Below are positions 25,008 through 37,676 of a stretch of 64,000 nt of DNA, piece by piece. The notes below the pieces were generated by a model, which did no database searches, had not been told where the DNA came from, and worked only from the letters and a program-made list of their open reading frames with translations. The position numbers and the translations under genes were made by a program. The stretch comes from Octopus vulgaris (taxonomy: Eukaryota). The stretch covers positions 83,452,001-83,516,000 of the forward strand of contig OX597823.1 in NCBI GenBank assembly GCA_951406725.2, written 5' to 3'. Position 1 is the stretch's first letter. Each line of letters starts with the position of its first letter.

Positions 25008-25609
25008 TATAAACTTCCATTTCTGCGCTATTTAAAAACAAATGTTTTCAGATTATTTACGGATCTCTTTTTTTAAAAAAATGACTTTTATTTCAATTCC
25101 ACATTTGTCACAAATACCTTAAATTATAGACATTTAGGAATCTAAAAAAAAAATATTTCTCAACCTGATCTAAGTCCAATATAAGTTTAAATACAGATGT
25201 AAATAGCTCTCATATACCGCTATATCGCCAAAGAAAGCCCCAATATTTTCTTTCTGTTTTGTTCAACATGATTTAATCTTTTAATTTAAGACAGAAATAC
25301 ATTCATTTTAAATTAATATTGTTTTTTTATAATTGTTCAGAAATTAATTGTTAATTATGCCAAAGTATTTTTACAACTTTTTTTCCCCCAGTGTGTGTAT
25401 GATTGTCGTTTTGTTGACCTACAAACTTAATTACTCAATTATTAAAGTACATGTGAGCGAATTACTATCGTAGGTGATTAATGTTGATATGGAATTAGGG
25501 CCTTATTTTATGAATCATTTGTTATTCCATTTCTAAATTAATTATTACAAGTTTATGTCATTGTTCAGTCATTGCATTTTTATTTTTTTACATTTCTAAA
25601 ATAAGTTTT

Positions 25610-25615
25610 AATAAA
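25610..25615 (+). terminator. Candidate polyadenylation signal of the kinase gene
   Basis: AATAAA ~600 nt after the stop in an AT-rich 3' region with several ATTTA motifs, followed by a U-rich tract at ~25655. Confidence 0.35.
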
Positions 25616-25858
25616 TTCTAGTCGGAACTGACATACATGCATCTCTATTCGAATATTTTTGTTTTCTTTTCGAGGTGAGTTGATAGTTTGCAATTACTTT
25701 GACATATATTGCTATTTATTTTTAAGGTGTATCTACACCTGTGTGTGTGATTCCTTATAATTTCCAGATGCCTTTCCGGCATTCCTCCTGTTTCACTCGC
25801 AGAAACGTCAAACTCGATCATATGGGTTGTTCATTAATTTTCGTAAAAAAATTTTTCT

Positions 25859-26628
25859 ATTACATCCGCCTTTGAAGACAGAGGTGTTGTTTTCAGTCGC
25901 GTTTGTTTGTCCGTGGGCAAGATATCTCAAGAACAGCTAATGGATTCGGATGAAACTTTCAGAGATGCTTGGCCTCGTGACTGGCACGAACTGATTAGAT
26001 TTTGGGATCGATCCGGTACCGGACAAGGATTCTGGATTATTTTTCCGTTTTTTTTTTTTTTTTTTTTTTTTTTGGCATTCCTTCGATATAACTCGACAAA
26101 ATCAAAACATTTCACTTTGGGTATTTCCGTGGGTTGTGGAGTATAGATATAATGTCTCTTTTTAAACTTGAAGAAAAAAAGCCTTGCATATTTGTTCTCA
26201 CCTGTTTCATGTGTGTAGGTAAAATCCGCGAATTTCCAAGCAGAAAACAGAATCGAACTGTCATTTCACCCGAAGTCAAATGTTTTGATTTTGTCGAGTT
26301 ATATCGAAGGAATGCCTTTTTTTTTTTTATTTAATTTTGAGATCGACCGGGTTCATTTCTTGTGAGAGCTGTCGAGGTGCGCGCGCGTGTCGTATTCAAC
26401 TCTGTATTTGTACTCAGTCACACTCGCACACACACACACACACACACGTACACCGATTATCTTTCATATACACGTACATACATAAATACATATGCATACC
26501 TGCTTTTGGCGAAAGTAAAGAGTACGTACACCCGGTGTTTAGGGTTTAGTGTTAGGATTAAGGTTACGGTTTTTGTTACGCCGAAAACGGGTGGTGTCCA
26601 TATTCCTTACCTCCGCTATGGAGGTAAT
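25859..26628 (+). mobile_element. Helentron-associated (HINE/DINE-like) element
   Basis: Start ATTACATCCGCC...AGAGGT, GTTTGTTTGTCCGT microsatellite, GATATCTCAAGAAC...GGATTCGGATGAAA, terminal palindrome TTACCTCCGCTATGGAGGTAA. Related to 45040-45303. Confidence 0.55.
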
Positions 26629-26796
26629 AAATAATTTAGACAAATGCGTATAATTCGATTTGTGTGTTTAGATGTTGAGCAGAGAACCGGCACAGTTTAA
26701 GCTACCTGTTGTCATCCTCAGCTGTGGTACATTTCCGCTGGATCTACTTCAGGGACTCCGCAGTGGCAGTTAGGGCAATAGTATTACTTAATAGTA

Positions 26797-27649
26797 AGGC
26801 GGCGAGCTGGCAGAAACGTTAGCACGCTGGGCGAAATGCTTAGCAGTATTTCGTCTGCCGCTACATTCTGAGTTCAAATTCCGCCGAGGTCGACTTTGCC
26901 TTTCATCCTTTCGGGGTCGATTAAATAAGTACCAGTTACGCACTGGGGTCGATATAATCGACTTAATTCGTTTGTCTGTCCTTTGTCTTCTCTGTGTTTA
27001 GCCCCTTGTGGGTAGTAAAGAAATAGGTATTTCGTCTGTTTTTACATTCTGAGTTCAAATTCCACCGAGGTCGACTTCACCTTTCATCCTTTGAGGGTCG
27101 ATAAATTAAGTACCAGTTGCATACTGAGGTAGATCTAATCGACTGATCCCCTCCCCCAAAATTTTGGGCCTTGTGCCTAGAGTAGAAAAGAGTATTAATA
27201 AGTAGTAGGAGACACTTGCCCAAGGTGCCACGCAGTGGAATTGAACCCAGAACCATGTGGCTGGTAAGCAAGCTACTTACCACACTGCCACTCCTGTGCC
27301 TAGTGAAGCATTTAGTAAAATAACTTTGTCTTTATTAAGTTTGTATGCAAGCTGGTGAGCTGGCAGAATTGTTAGCTCCACGGACAAAATGTTCAGTGGC
27401 ATTTCTTCTGGGTTTTTACCTTTCAATTCTGGTGGGGTCGACTTTGCCTTTCATTCTTTCAGGGTTGATAAAAAAGATGCCAGTGAATGAGTGGCTGTGC
27501 TGTAAGTAGCTTGCTTACCAACCACATGGTTACGGGTTCAGTCCCACTACATGGCACCTTGGGTAAGTGTCTTCTACTATATAGCCTTGGGCCGACCAAA
27601 GCCTTTTGAGTGGATTTGGCAGACCGAAACTGAAAGAAGCCCATTGTAG

Positions 27650-27691
<42 letters not shown>

Positions 27692-27890
27692 TTGTGTGTC
27701 TATGTTTGTTGCCCCAACATCACTTGACAACTGATGCTGGTGTGTTTACATCCCCGTAACTTAGAGGTCCGCCAAAAGAGAAGGATAGAATAAGTACTAG
27801 GCTTACAAAGAATAAGTCCTGGGGTTGATTTGCTTGACTAAAGGTGGTGCTCCAGCATGGCTACAGTCAAATGACTGAAACAAGTAAAAG
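26797..27890. mobile_element. SINE cluster (Nin-type tandem and CORE-type copies)
   Basis: Nin-type at 26797-27195 (+), CORE head at 27200-27300 (-), CORE-type at 27488-27890 (+). Confidence 0.8.
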
Positions 27891-28289
27891 GGTAAAGGAG
27901 TTGCAGTAATTGACTTACCCTCTTCCATAAAATTGCTGGCCTTGTGCCAAAATTTGAAATCTTTATTTAAACTGGTATTTGGGACATAATATGAAAAATG
28001 AAAATTTAATGGAAAGTTTTTATTTAAATCAGTTTTAAAACATAAAGTTTGTATCATAGTAACCTGGATCAGTCTGAGTTGGAATAGTATGGAAGGGGTT
28101 GAGAAAGAAGTTAACCCAATATCATTTAGAGAGACCATATCCAGCCTAAATATTCAACCTGTTTTATGTTTAGATCAATCAGTCTTAGCCTCTGACATTG
28201 AACTTCTAAGTTATGGGTTCATAAACACACCAGCACGGGTTGTCAAGCAATGGTGGGAGACAAACACTGACATAAAAACACACACACAG

Positions 28290-28495
28290 CCATTCAAGAA
28301 TTTGGACCTGGAGATCTCCATTTCCAGCGACTTCGAGGGCCACCTCCCAGTGGTGTCGGGTGTCAACGAAGAGCCCTCGACTACAACAAAACGACCAAAG
28401 TTTTTTTTTTTTCCAAGGTCTGGGGTCTCCCACCCCTAAGCCCTAGGCCATCACTAAATCACGCTTACCCCTCTTGTTGCTTAACAACAACAACA
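28290..28495. repeat. ~200-bp unclassified interspersed repeat (second copy 34373-34560) with HDV-like fold candidate
   Basis: Two near-identical copies, each abutting CAA/CAG repeats. Confidence 0.7.
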
Positions 28496-28606
28496 CACAC
28501 ACACACTATATCAAAATCTGAAGGCCATGAGATATGTGTGTGTATACATATGTATGTATATATATATATTTATGTGTGTGTGTGTGTGTGTGTATATATG
28601 TATATA

Positions 28607-29445
28607 TCATCATCATCGTTTAACGTCCGTTTTCCGCGCTAGCACGGGTTGGACGGTTTCGACCGGGGTCTGGGGAGCTAGGGACTGCCCCAGGTTCCAG
28701 TCTAGTCTGGCAGTGTTTCTACAGCTGGATGCCCTTCCTAACGCCAACCACTCCGCAAGTGTAGTGGGTGTTTTTTACGTGCCACCTGCACAGGTGCCAG
28801 AGGGGTCTGGCATCGGCCACGTTCGGATGGTGCTTTTTATGTGGGGGGGGGTGCAGAAATATAGGGGAGCACCAGTGGGGAGGGGTGGTTCAGAGAAATG
28901 ATGGCAGGTTCTAGGCAAGTAGAACGTAGGATATCAAGAGAGGGGTAATGCATGGTGAAATAGCGTATTGAAGAGGGGTTCGAAGAGTAGACACCTATAA
29001 TGGTGGTGGGAGAAGCGACATCCGGTATAGATGGAGCAAAAATATAGAGATATCCGGTATTGGTATTGGTATTGGTGGTGGTGGTGGTGGGGGGGCAGGG
29101 CGGGTGCACCGCGAATACACGATGGTTGATTATAGTCGAGAGGAGAAATGGATAAATTAGTTAAATAATTAGATAGATAGAAAAATTAGATAAAAATAGT
29201 TAGATAGATAAGAAAGCATGTATGATCGATCGAGAAGTGAAAATAAATAAGCATTCAAACTTATCTGCGCTCGGGTGCTAGATGACAACCACTCCGCGAG
29301 TGGAGTGGGTGCTTTTTACGTGCCACCTGCACAGGTGCCAGGGTGGGTCTGGCATCGATCACGATCGGTTCGAGCTTTTAACGTGCCAGTGGCACGGAAG
29401 CCAGCCAAGGCGGCGCTGGCATCGGTCACGTTCGGATGGTGCTTT
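28607..29445 (-). mobile_element. Meta-domain-like SINE / RTE 5'-like repeat pieces
   Basis: GGATGCCCTTCCTAACGCCAACC and repeated GGTGCTTTTTACGTGCCAC, with a (CAT)n end. Confidence 0.65.
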
Positions 29446-29787
29446 TTGGGGGTGCAGGTAATATAGGGAAGCACCAGTGGGGAGGGTTGGGGTGAGGAAC
29501 GATGACAGCTAGGGTTGATGCAGGTTCGTAGGAAATAAAACGTAGGACTTCACGAGTGGGGGAGGTGACTGGAAGGAGATAGCCGGTTGAGGCAGTGACA
29601 GATTCAAAAACAGGAGGAAACGTAGGATAGGTGGGGGGGGGGGGGGGTTGATGAGCTGCGGCGCTAGCTGCTTGTCTTGGTGGGGGGGTAACACACAGTG
29701 AAAGCATGTGAGGAGGAGGGGTAGGAGGGAGAGACACACATAATGGTGGTGAGGGAGTGCATATCCGGTGTAGATGGTGTGAACGGT

Positions 29788-29915
29788 GAGAACAGTGTTC
29801 ACCGGTATTGGTGGTGGGGGTGAGAACAGTGTTCACCGGTATTGGTGGTGGGGGTGAGAACAGTGTTCACCGGTATTGGTGGTGGGGGTGAGAACAGTGT
29901 TCACCGGTATTGGTG
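29788..29915. repeat. 34-bp minisatellite, ~4 copies
   Basis: GAGAACAGTGTTCACCGGTATTGGTGGTGGGGGT repeated. Confidence 0.9.
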
Positions 29916-29952
29916 GTGGTGGTGGTGGTGGTGGGAAAGGGCGGGCGCACCG

Positions 29953-30590
29953 CGAATGGTGAAGATCGAATTAAAGGATTGAAGGTTCTTTAGAGAAACG
30001 GGTGGGAATGGCGATGTTTTTTAGGGTGGCATAGAGAAAGAAAAGGAAAGCAAAGCAGATTGGTGGTTATAAGTTCAAAACATTTAAACGGTAGACAAAT
30101 GTATGTATGTATGTATGAAAAAGAAGGGAGAAAATCTTCTTAGCTTGCTTATGGACATCGCTGTAAGTCGGAGAAGAAATGATAGTGAATGGTGAAGATC
30201 GAATTAAAGGATTGAAGGTTCTTTAGAGAAACGGGCGGGAATGGCGATGTTTTTTAGGGTGGCATAGAGAAAGAAAAGGAAAGCAAAGCAGATTGGTGGT
30301 TATAAGTTCAAAACATTTAAACGGTAGACAAATGTATGTATGTATGTATGAAAAAGAAGGGAGAAAAGCTTATTAGCTTGCTTATGGACATCGCTGTAAG
30401 TCGGAGAAGAAATGATAGTGAATGGTGAAGATCGAATTAAAGGATTGAAGGTTCTTTAGAGAAACGGGCGGGAATGGCGATGTTTTTTTTTAGGGTGGCA
30501 TAGAGAAAGAAAGGAAAGCAAAGCAGATTGGTGGTTATAAGTTGAAAACATTTAAACGGTAGACAAATGTATGTATGTATGTATGTATGG
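29953..30590. repeat. ~233-bp tandem repeat, ~2.7 copies
   Basis: GAATGGTGAAGATCGAATTAAAGG starts at ~29954, 30187 and 30420. Confidence 0.9.
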
Positions 30591-30598
30591 TGTGCATA

Positions 30599-30635
<37 letters not shown>

Positions 30636-30639
30636 CATC

Positions 30640-31520
30640 ATCATCATCATCATAATTGTCATCGTTTAATGTCTGCTTTCTATACTGGCATGGGTTAGAC
30701 GGTTTGACTGAGGACTGGTGAGCCAGAAGGCTGCACCAGGCTCAATCTGATCTGGCAAAATTTCTACAGCTGGATGCCCCTCCTAACACCAACCACTCTG
30801 AGAGTGTAGTGGGTGCTTTCACGTGCCACCAGCACGAGGGCCAGTCAGACATTTCTGGCAATGACCATGCTCAAAAGGTGTTTTTTATGTCCTACCTGCA
30901 CAGGAGCTAGTCCAGCGGCACTGGCTATGATCATGCTCAAATGTAGCTTTTCTGTGCCACCAGCACATGCCGGTAAGGCAATGCTGCCAACAATCGCTGA
31001 AATGGTGCTTTTTACATGTCACTGGCACAGGAGCCAATCCATGGCCCTGGCAACAATCACGCTTGGATGTGCTTTTAGCGTTCCACTGGCACAAGTGCCA
31101 ATCAGGTAGTACTGTCATCAGCCATGTCAGCAATTTTGATTTGATTTCACTTGCCTCGATAGGTCTTCGCAAGCAAAGTTTATTATCCAATAAATGAGGT
31201 GTACTCATAAGTGGGCTGTCTACACCCCATGCTTGGAGGTGCTTTTAACATTTCACTGGCACGAGTAACAATCAGGCAGTACTGTCATCAGCCACATCAG
31301 GAATTTTGATTTCGATTTTGCTTTTGATTTCACTTGCCTCAATAGGTCTTCGCAAGCAAAGTTCATTATCCAATGATTGAGGGGGTACTCATAAATGGGC
31401 TGGTTACACCCACTTGTTTAGGCCAGGGGCTATGGTCTCACTTGGCTTGTCGGGTCTTCTCAAGCACAGCATATCTCCAAAGGTCTTGGTCATTAGTCAT
31501 TGCCTCAGTAAGGCCCAATG
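30640..31520 (-). mobile_element. Meta-domain-like SINE with internal ~55-bp repeats
   Basis: (CAT)n, CAGCTGGATGCCCCTCCTAACACCAACC, repeated GTGCTTTT...GTGCCAC/TCACTGGCAC. Confidence 0.7.
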
Positions 31521-31522
31521 TT

Positions 31523-31524
<2 letters not shown>

Positions 31525-31610
<86 letters not shown>

Positions 31611-31633
31611 GTATATATATATATATGTATATA

Positions 31634-31699
<66 letters not shown>

Positions 31700-31754
31700 A
31701 TTATATATATATATATTATATATATATGTATATATATATATATATATATATAGA

Positions 31755-31806
<52 letters not shown>

Positions 31807-31846
31807 TAAGTATATATTGATATATATATGATATATGTATATATGT

Positions 31847-31888
<42 letters not shown>
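31525..31888. repeat. (TA)n microsatellite
   Basis: Direct observation. It is the source of the spurious YI-repeat ORFs. Confidence 0.95.
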
Positions 31889-31890
<2 letters not shown>

Positions 31891-32129
31891 AGCATTACAC
31901 TTGCCAGAATAATCTGAGTGCTAAAGAGTTAAGCATTCATGCACAACTGTCAGAATGATTCTAAATTATATGAATGTCTCCATAGTGACAGTTGTATAAT
32001 TGTGATAAGATCTTTCACAGCACTGAATGACCTTCAATATATATATATAAAAGAAGAGCTGCAAGAAAGAAGTCAATGATTACAAAATTTTAATAAGACC
32101 AAAATAAAACTAGACTAAAAGAGTTCTAT

Positions 32130-32343
32130 ACTCTTTTACATGTTACAGTCATTTGACTTGCAGCCATGCTGGAGCACCGCCTTTAGTTGACCAGATCGAC
32201 CCAGGACTTATTCTTTGTAAGCCTAGTACTTATTCTATCGGTCTCTTCTGCCGAACTGCTAAGTTACAGAGACATAAACACACCAGCATCGGTTGTCAAG
32301 TGATTGGGGTGGGGGGACAAACACAGACACACAAACATATAGG

Positions 32344-32386
<43 letters not shown>

Positions 32387-33110
32387 CATCATCATCATCA
32401 TTTAGCGTCCGTTTTCCATGCTAGCATGGGTTGGACGGTTCAACTGGGGTCTGTGAAGCTGGAAGGCTTCATCAGGCCCAGTCAGATCTGGCAGTGTTTC
32501 TATAGCTGGATGCCCTTCCTAACGCCAACCACTCCGTGAGTGTAGTGGGTGCTTTTTACGTGCCACCCACACAGGTGCCAGACAGAGCTGGCAAACAGCC
32601 ACGAATGGATGGTGCTTTTACGTGTCACTGGCATGGGGGCCAGGCGAGGCTGGCAACGGACATGAACGGATGGTGCTTTTACGTGCCACCAACACGGAGG
32701 CCAGACAGAGCTGGCAAACGGCCACAAAACAGATGGTGCTTTTACGTGTCACCGGCACGGGGGCCAGGCGAGGCTGGCAACGGACACGAACGGATGGTGC
32801 TTTTACGTGCCACCAACACGGGTGGCCAGACAGAGCTGGCAAACGGCCACGAAATACATATATATACATACATATATACGACGGGCTTCTTTCAGTTTCT
32901 AGTTTGCCCTAGATGCCACACATTGAGACTGAACCCCGAGCCATTTGGTTGGTAAGCAAGCTGCTTACCACACAACCACTCAATTCATCATCATCATCAT
33001 TTAACATCTGTTTTCCATGTTGGCACGGATTGGATGGCTTGACAGGAACTGGGAGGCCAAGGGCCACACCAAGTTCTATTTTGGCTTGGTTTCTATGGCT
33101 GGATGTAATC
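32130..33110 (-). mobile_element. CORE-like SINE interrupted by a Meta-like SINE, plus a further Meta-like piece
   Basis: CORE tail at 32130-32340 and head at 32870-32980 flank the Meta-like element at 32388-32850. Confidence 0.75.
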
Positions 33111-33390
33111 TCTCTCTCTCTCTCCTCCTCCTCCCTTTCCCACTCTCCCTCTTCTCTCCCTCTCTCTCTCCTCCTCCTCCCTTTCCCATTCTCCCTCTTC
33201 CCTCACTCTCTCTCTACATGTATGCATATATATCTGTGCACACATGCATCTGTGTGTATTGCCTCCAGTGCCAAAAAGTACCAGTCATCTGTGTGAAATA
33301 GTCGTGTCCATTTACCTTGTTCTTTGTTAATACATTAACTGCTGTCAACCTGGATACACAAGTGACTTTATTACTAATTATGAAATATTT

Positions 33391-33546
33391 CATTATTTAC
33401 ATTATTTACATTATTTACATTTGATGGATATTTGTCCTCATCTTGTTTGTTGCTAACACATTTCGGCTGATATGCCTTCCAGCCTTCATCAGGTGTGTTG
33501 GGGAAATTTCGAACCTGGGTTCTCATTCCTCAGATATTTTTCAATG

Positions 33547-33603
<57 letters not shown>

Positions 33604-33766
33604 TTGCTGCTTGGAATCGAACTTGGAACCTTGGGGTTAGTAGCCTGTGCTCTTAACCACTACGCCATATGCCTTTGGGCATATGGCATAGTCAAATGTA
33701 AATGATGTAAATGTAAATAATGTAAATAATATACATAATTCCTCATCTCTTAAATATAGAACTGTA
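33391..33766 (-). mobile_element. tRNA-headed SINE-like element with HHR-like tail, 5' inversion and ~14-bp flanking duplication
   Basis: Minus strand: TGGCGTAGTGG A box, GTTCGATTCC B box, (AAT)n, CTGATGA-A-GGCTGG...TCAGCC-GAAA, (AATGTAAAT)n tail. ATTATGAAATATTT occurs on both flanks. Confidence 0.7.
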
Positions 33767-34001
33767 TTATGAAATATTTTGTTTTCTAATAGTCTCCAAA
33801 TTACTCGCTGAATATTCACATATCTGACATCGAAATATCAGGCTGGTTTGTCATAAACAATATTAAGTTGTATTCCGTTGTTCAGTCTGGCCAATTTTGA
33901 TGTTGGCACTTTCTTAGCTCCTTATATACTTGATCAATATATCCTTTATAGATAGAATGGAAGGACATATAACCACATTATCATCATCAGCAGCAGCAAG
34001 T

Positions 34002-34345
34002 GGAGGCGCAATGGCCCAGTGGTTAGGGCAGCGGACTTGCGGTCGGAGGATCGCAATTTCGATTCCCAGACCGGGCGTTGTGTGTGTTTATTGAGCAAGC
34101 TCCACGAGGCTCTGGCAGGGGGTGGTGGCAACCCCTGTTTTACTCCTTCGCTACAACTTTCTCTCACTTTTTCTTCCTGTTTCTCGTCCCTGACTTCCTA
34201 TGCAACCGCTGAGCCTGGATGCGCGTTCATCCATGCGTCGATGCTCTCAGTGTCGGGGGTTGATCTGCTTTCTTTTCTGCGGGTCTTACGAATAGCAAAG
34301 GACCACGTTTCGGACTTCTCCCAAGAGGACGAACACCGCTTCACT
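34002..34345 (+). mobile_element. tRNA-derived SINE (type A head, different tail)
   Basis: Head nearly identical to the 1853 copy. Confidence 0.8.
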
Positions 34346-35554
34346 CAACAGCAACAGCAACAGCAGCAGCAGCCATTCAAGAATTTGGACCTGGAGATCT
34401 TCATTTGCAGCGACTTCGAGGGCCACCTCCCAGTGGTGTCGGGTGTCAACGAAAAGCCCTCGACTACAACAAGACGACCAAAGTTTTTTTTTTCAAGGTC
34501 TGGGGTCTCCTGCCCCTAAGCCCTACCCGTCTTGTTATTTAACAACAACCACAACAACAGCAGCAGCAGCAACCCCTGGCACTACTATTTCAACTCCTAG
34601 AACACATAGGGCCAGCTACTGAGTTTCCATGGCATATAAGTGACCAAGATTGCAACATTTACCCTGATTATTAGTGTAAAACCCTAACCACATGACCCTA
34701 CAGCTTCATATTCCCCCCACACTTGTATTTAAAACATAACATTAAGTACAAGCCTAGTGCTTTAAGTAGGAGTGAAGGGCTTTAAGTATGAGCCAAGCTG
34801 TATGTAGATATAACAACCAGGCTGTTGTATTTAAAGTACAACTGTTTGTTATACAAAAGGACATCTCTGTTTGTTACACTTCTGTGTTAAACTTTATCCT
34901 TTTGTTTGCTATTCTGGAACATCCACCCCATTTACATCTATTTCCTCCTTATATTATTTTGGATTATTTCGTTTTTGGATTTGGGTTGCAAGATTCTTTA
35001 TATGAGTTTGTGTGTTGAAGCATATTCTGTTGTGTCTGGGGAGAGTTATTTTCTTTTTGTGCCTTCTAATATAACACACTCACCAGTAAAATTTCCACTT
35101 ATTTCTTATTTTTAATTATTCATTTTTATTATTTATTTTTCTATTTTTCATTAAAAAATTTTTTTATTTTCATTTTTATTTCTATTTTTTATTAAAAAAT
35201 TTTTTTAATTTTATTTTTATTTTTATTTTTATAAAAAAAAAGAAGAAAGAAGTGGAAATTTTGCTTTGGATTGTTTTTTTTGCATACTTATGTGATGCAC
35301 TTTACTTAACACTTCCTCATGATTCCTATATCAAGCATTCTAGTACTATTTCATAAACATGGCCTGTCCTTTGCTGCCTTCTGTATACTGAATAACCCTC
35401 AGCATTAATATCTGTTTTTTTTTTTATTATTTATATTGCTTTAGTTAGTTTTTTTTTTTATACATTTGCCATAATCCATATATGACGCATTTAGCATTTA
35501 GTTTATCTCCTCCACATACTTCGTGCTTAAGAAGAATACTCAGCATCAAGTGGC

Positions 35555-35880
35555 AGCAAAGTGTCTGAAATGACGCAAATGAGACAACGGTGGGCATCAA
35601 CAGGGTCAGTGATGAAATAATGATGCAAAAGCTGGAACAGGATCAGACACGTCCTCAAATGAAACTGAGAAAGCGATTATATGGTGGCACTGAAGTGGAA
35701 GCCTGAAGGGGAAAAAGAAACAGAGTGCTCCAAAACCCCATGGTGAAGGACCATTGACAAAAAAACAGGAGTTGAGAAGGGTGGAGAAGCTGAAATGAGA
35801 CCAGAACAGTGAGAGAAAACAAAACTGGTTGGAAAGATTGTATTATGGATTTTGGTGCCCCATGGCACAGAGAGAACTTA
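35555..35880 (+). mobile_element. Decayed RTE-like LINE 3' end
   Basis: Broken frame resembling IRHVL...VALKWKPEGEK...PKTPW*RT...W, the RTE C-terminal pattern. It ends in the (ACTA)n tail. Confidence 0.55.
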
Positions 35881-36500
35881 CTAACAAACAAACAAACTAA
35901 CTAACTGACTGACTGACTGACTGATTAACTAACTGACTAACTAACTGATTGACTGGCTGACTGACTGACTAACTAACTAACTGACTAATTGACTGACTAA
36001 CTAACTGACTGACTGACTGACTAACTGGCTGACTGACTGACTAACTAACTGACTAATTGACTGACTAACTAACTGACTGACTGACTGACTGACTAACTGG
36101 CTGACTGACTGACTAACTAACTAACTGACTAATTGACTGACTAACTAACTGACTGACTGACTGACTAACTAACTAACTGACTGACTAATTGACTAACTAA
36201 CTAACTGACTGACTAATTGACTAACTAACTAACTGACTGACTAATTGACTAACTAACTAACTGACTGACTGACTGACTAACTAACTATCTAACTGACTGA
36301 TTGATTGACTAACTAACTATCTAACTGACTGACTAACTATCTAACTGACTGACTGACTAACTATCTAACCGACTGACTGACTAACTAACTATCTAACTGA
36401 CTGACAGACTGACTAACTAACTATCTGACTGACTGACTGACTGACAGACTGACTAACTAACTATCTAACTGACTGACTGACTGACTAACTATCTAACTCA
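35880..36500. repeat. Compound (ACTA/ACTG/ATCT)n microsatellite
   Basis: Direct observation. Confidence 0.95.
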
Positions 36501-36914
36501 GATAACTGGGATAACTCCGACATAAAACCTGCGGCTCAGTGGTTACCGATGATGTTGACTTGTTCTTCTTTTCGGATTATGGCTGCTGTTGCTTAGTGAG
36601 TGGGATTGACTCAGTGCACAGCCTTTCCTCACTTTAAAAAAAATCTTTTTGCACAGGCATTGTACGATAACAACATTGATTAAGCTTCGTGCAATGGCCA
36701 TACTCGATAATGAGGGGGCAGCCACCATATGTGCACAGACATATATGCGTACAGATAGAGAGAGAGAGAGAGAGTGAGAAGAGAGGAGTGGAGGGGAGGG
36801 GGAAAGGAGAGAGAGAGATATTACATTCAGCTGTAGAAACCAAACCAAAATAGACCATGGAACCTGGCATGGTCCTTGACCTCCCAGTTCCTGTCAAGCC
36901 ATCCAACCCATGGA

Positions 36915-37615
36915 AAGGATGAAAGGCAGAGTTGACCTGGGTAGAATTTGAACTTAGAATAGGAAGTTGGATGAAATGCTGCTTAGCATTTTTCCCAGCA
37001 TGCTAATGATTCTGCCACCTGATCACTTTGTTCCTTTGAAATATAATTTATATATTAGGCACAAGGCCTGAAATTTCGAGGAAGTGGGGGTAAGTTGATT
37101 ACATTGACCCACCCACCAGTGCACAGCTGGTGTTTATTTCATTGATTTTGAGAGGGTGTTAGGCAGAGTTCACCCTTGGTGGAATTTGAACTCAGAATGT
37201 AAAGAACTGGAAAAAGTACCACTAAGTATTTTGTCTGGCGCGTTATGTGCCCTTGAAATATCGATTTCAAATTTTAGAACAAGGCCTGCAATTTTCGGTA
37301 AAGGGGTTAAGTTAATTACATCAGTGCTGAACTGGTATTTATTTTATCAGCTCCAAAAAGATGAAAGGAAAAGTTAGCCTTGGTAAAACTTTAAATGACG
37401 CCACCCCGCTGGCTAAGCGAGCAGGCCAGCAGAAGAAAGAGTGAGAGAAAGTTGTGGCGAAAGAGTGCAGCAGGGATCGCCACTACCACCCTGCCGGAGC
37501 CTCGTGAAGCTTTAGGTGTTTTCGCTCACTAAACACTCACAACGCCCGGTCTGGGAATCGAAACCGCAATCCTACGACCGCAAGTCCGCTGCCCTAACCA
37601 CTGGTTTGCGCCTCC
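36915..37615 (-). mobile_element. Degenerate Nin-type SINEs plus a type A SINE (37395-37615)
   Basis: Reverse Nin motifs GAATTTGAACT and GATGAAAGG. Type A head at 37540-37615. Confidence 0.7.
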
Positions 37616-37634
37616 ACACACACACATATATATG

Positions 37635-37676
<42 letters not shown>

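Noticed and set aside
26685-26726. HHR at CACAG-CTGAGGA...TAAA-CTGTG (minus strand)
   Set aside because: GAAA and stem III are missing and there is no stem II.
28297-28320. 2A-like GD...PGP peptide on the minus strand
   Set aside because: The DxExNPGP motif is incomplete and out of frame.
31414-31854. Long YI/MYVC/HTYI/CV-repeat ORFs here and at 49152-49862, 53404-53942, 55090-55733 and 59155-60014
   Set aside because: They are translations of (TA)n, (TATG)n and (TG)n microsatellites.
33600-33673. Bona fide tRNA genes here, at 49000-49065 and in SINE heads
   Set aside because: A/B boxes are present, but the acceptor stems do not pair and the heads run into SINE bodies.
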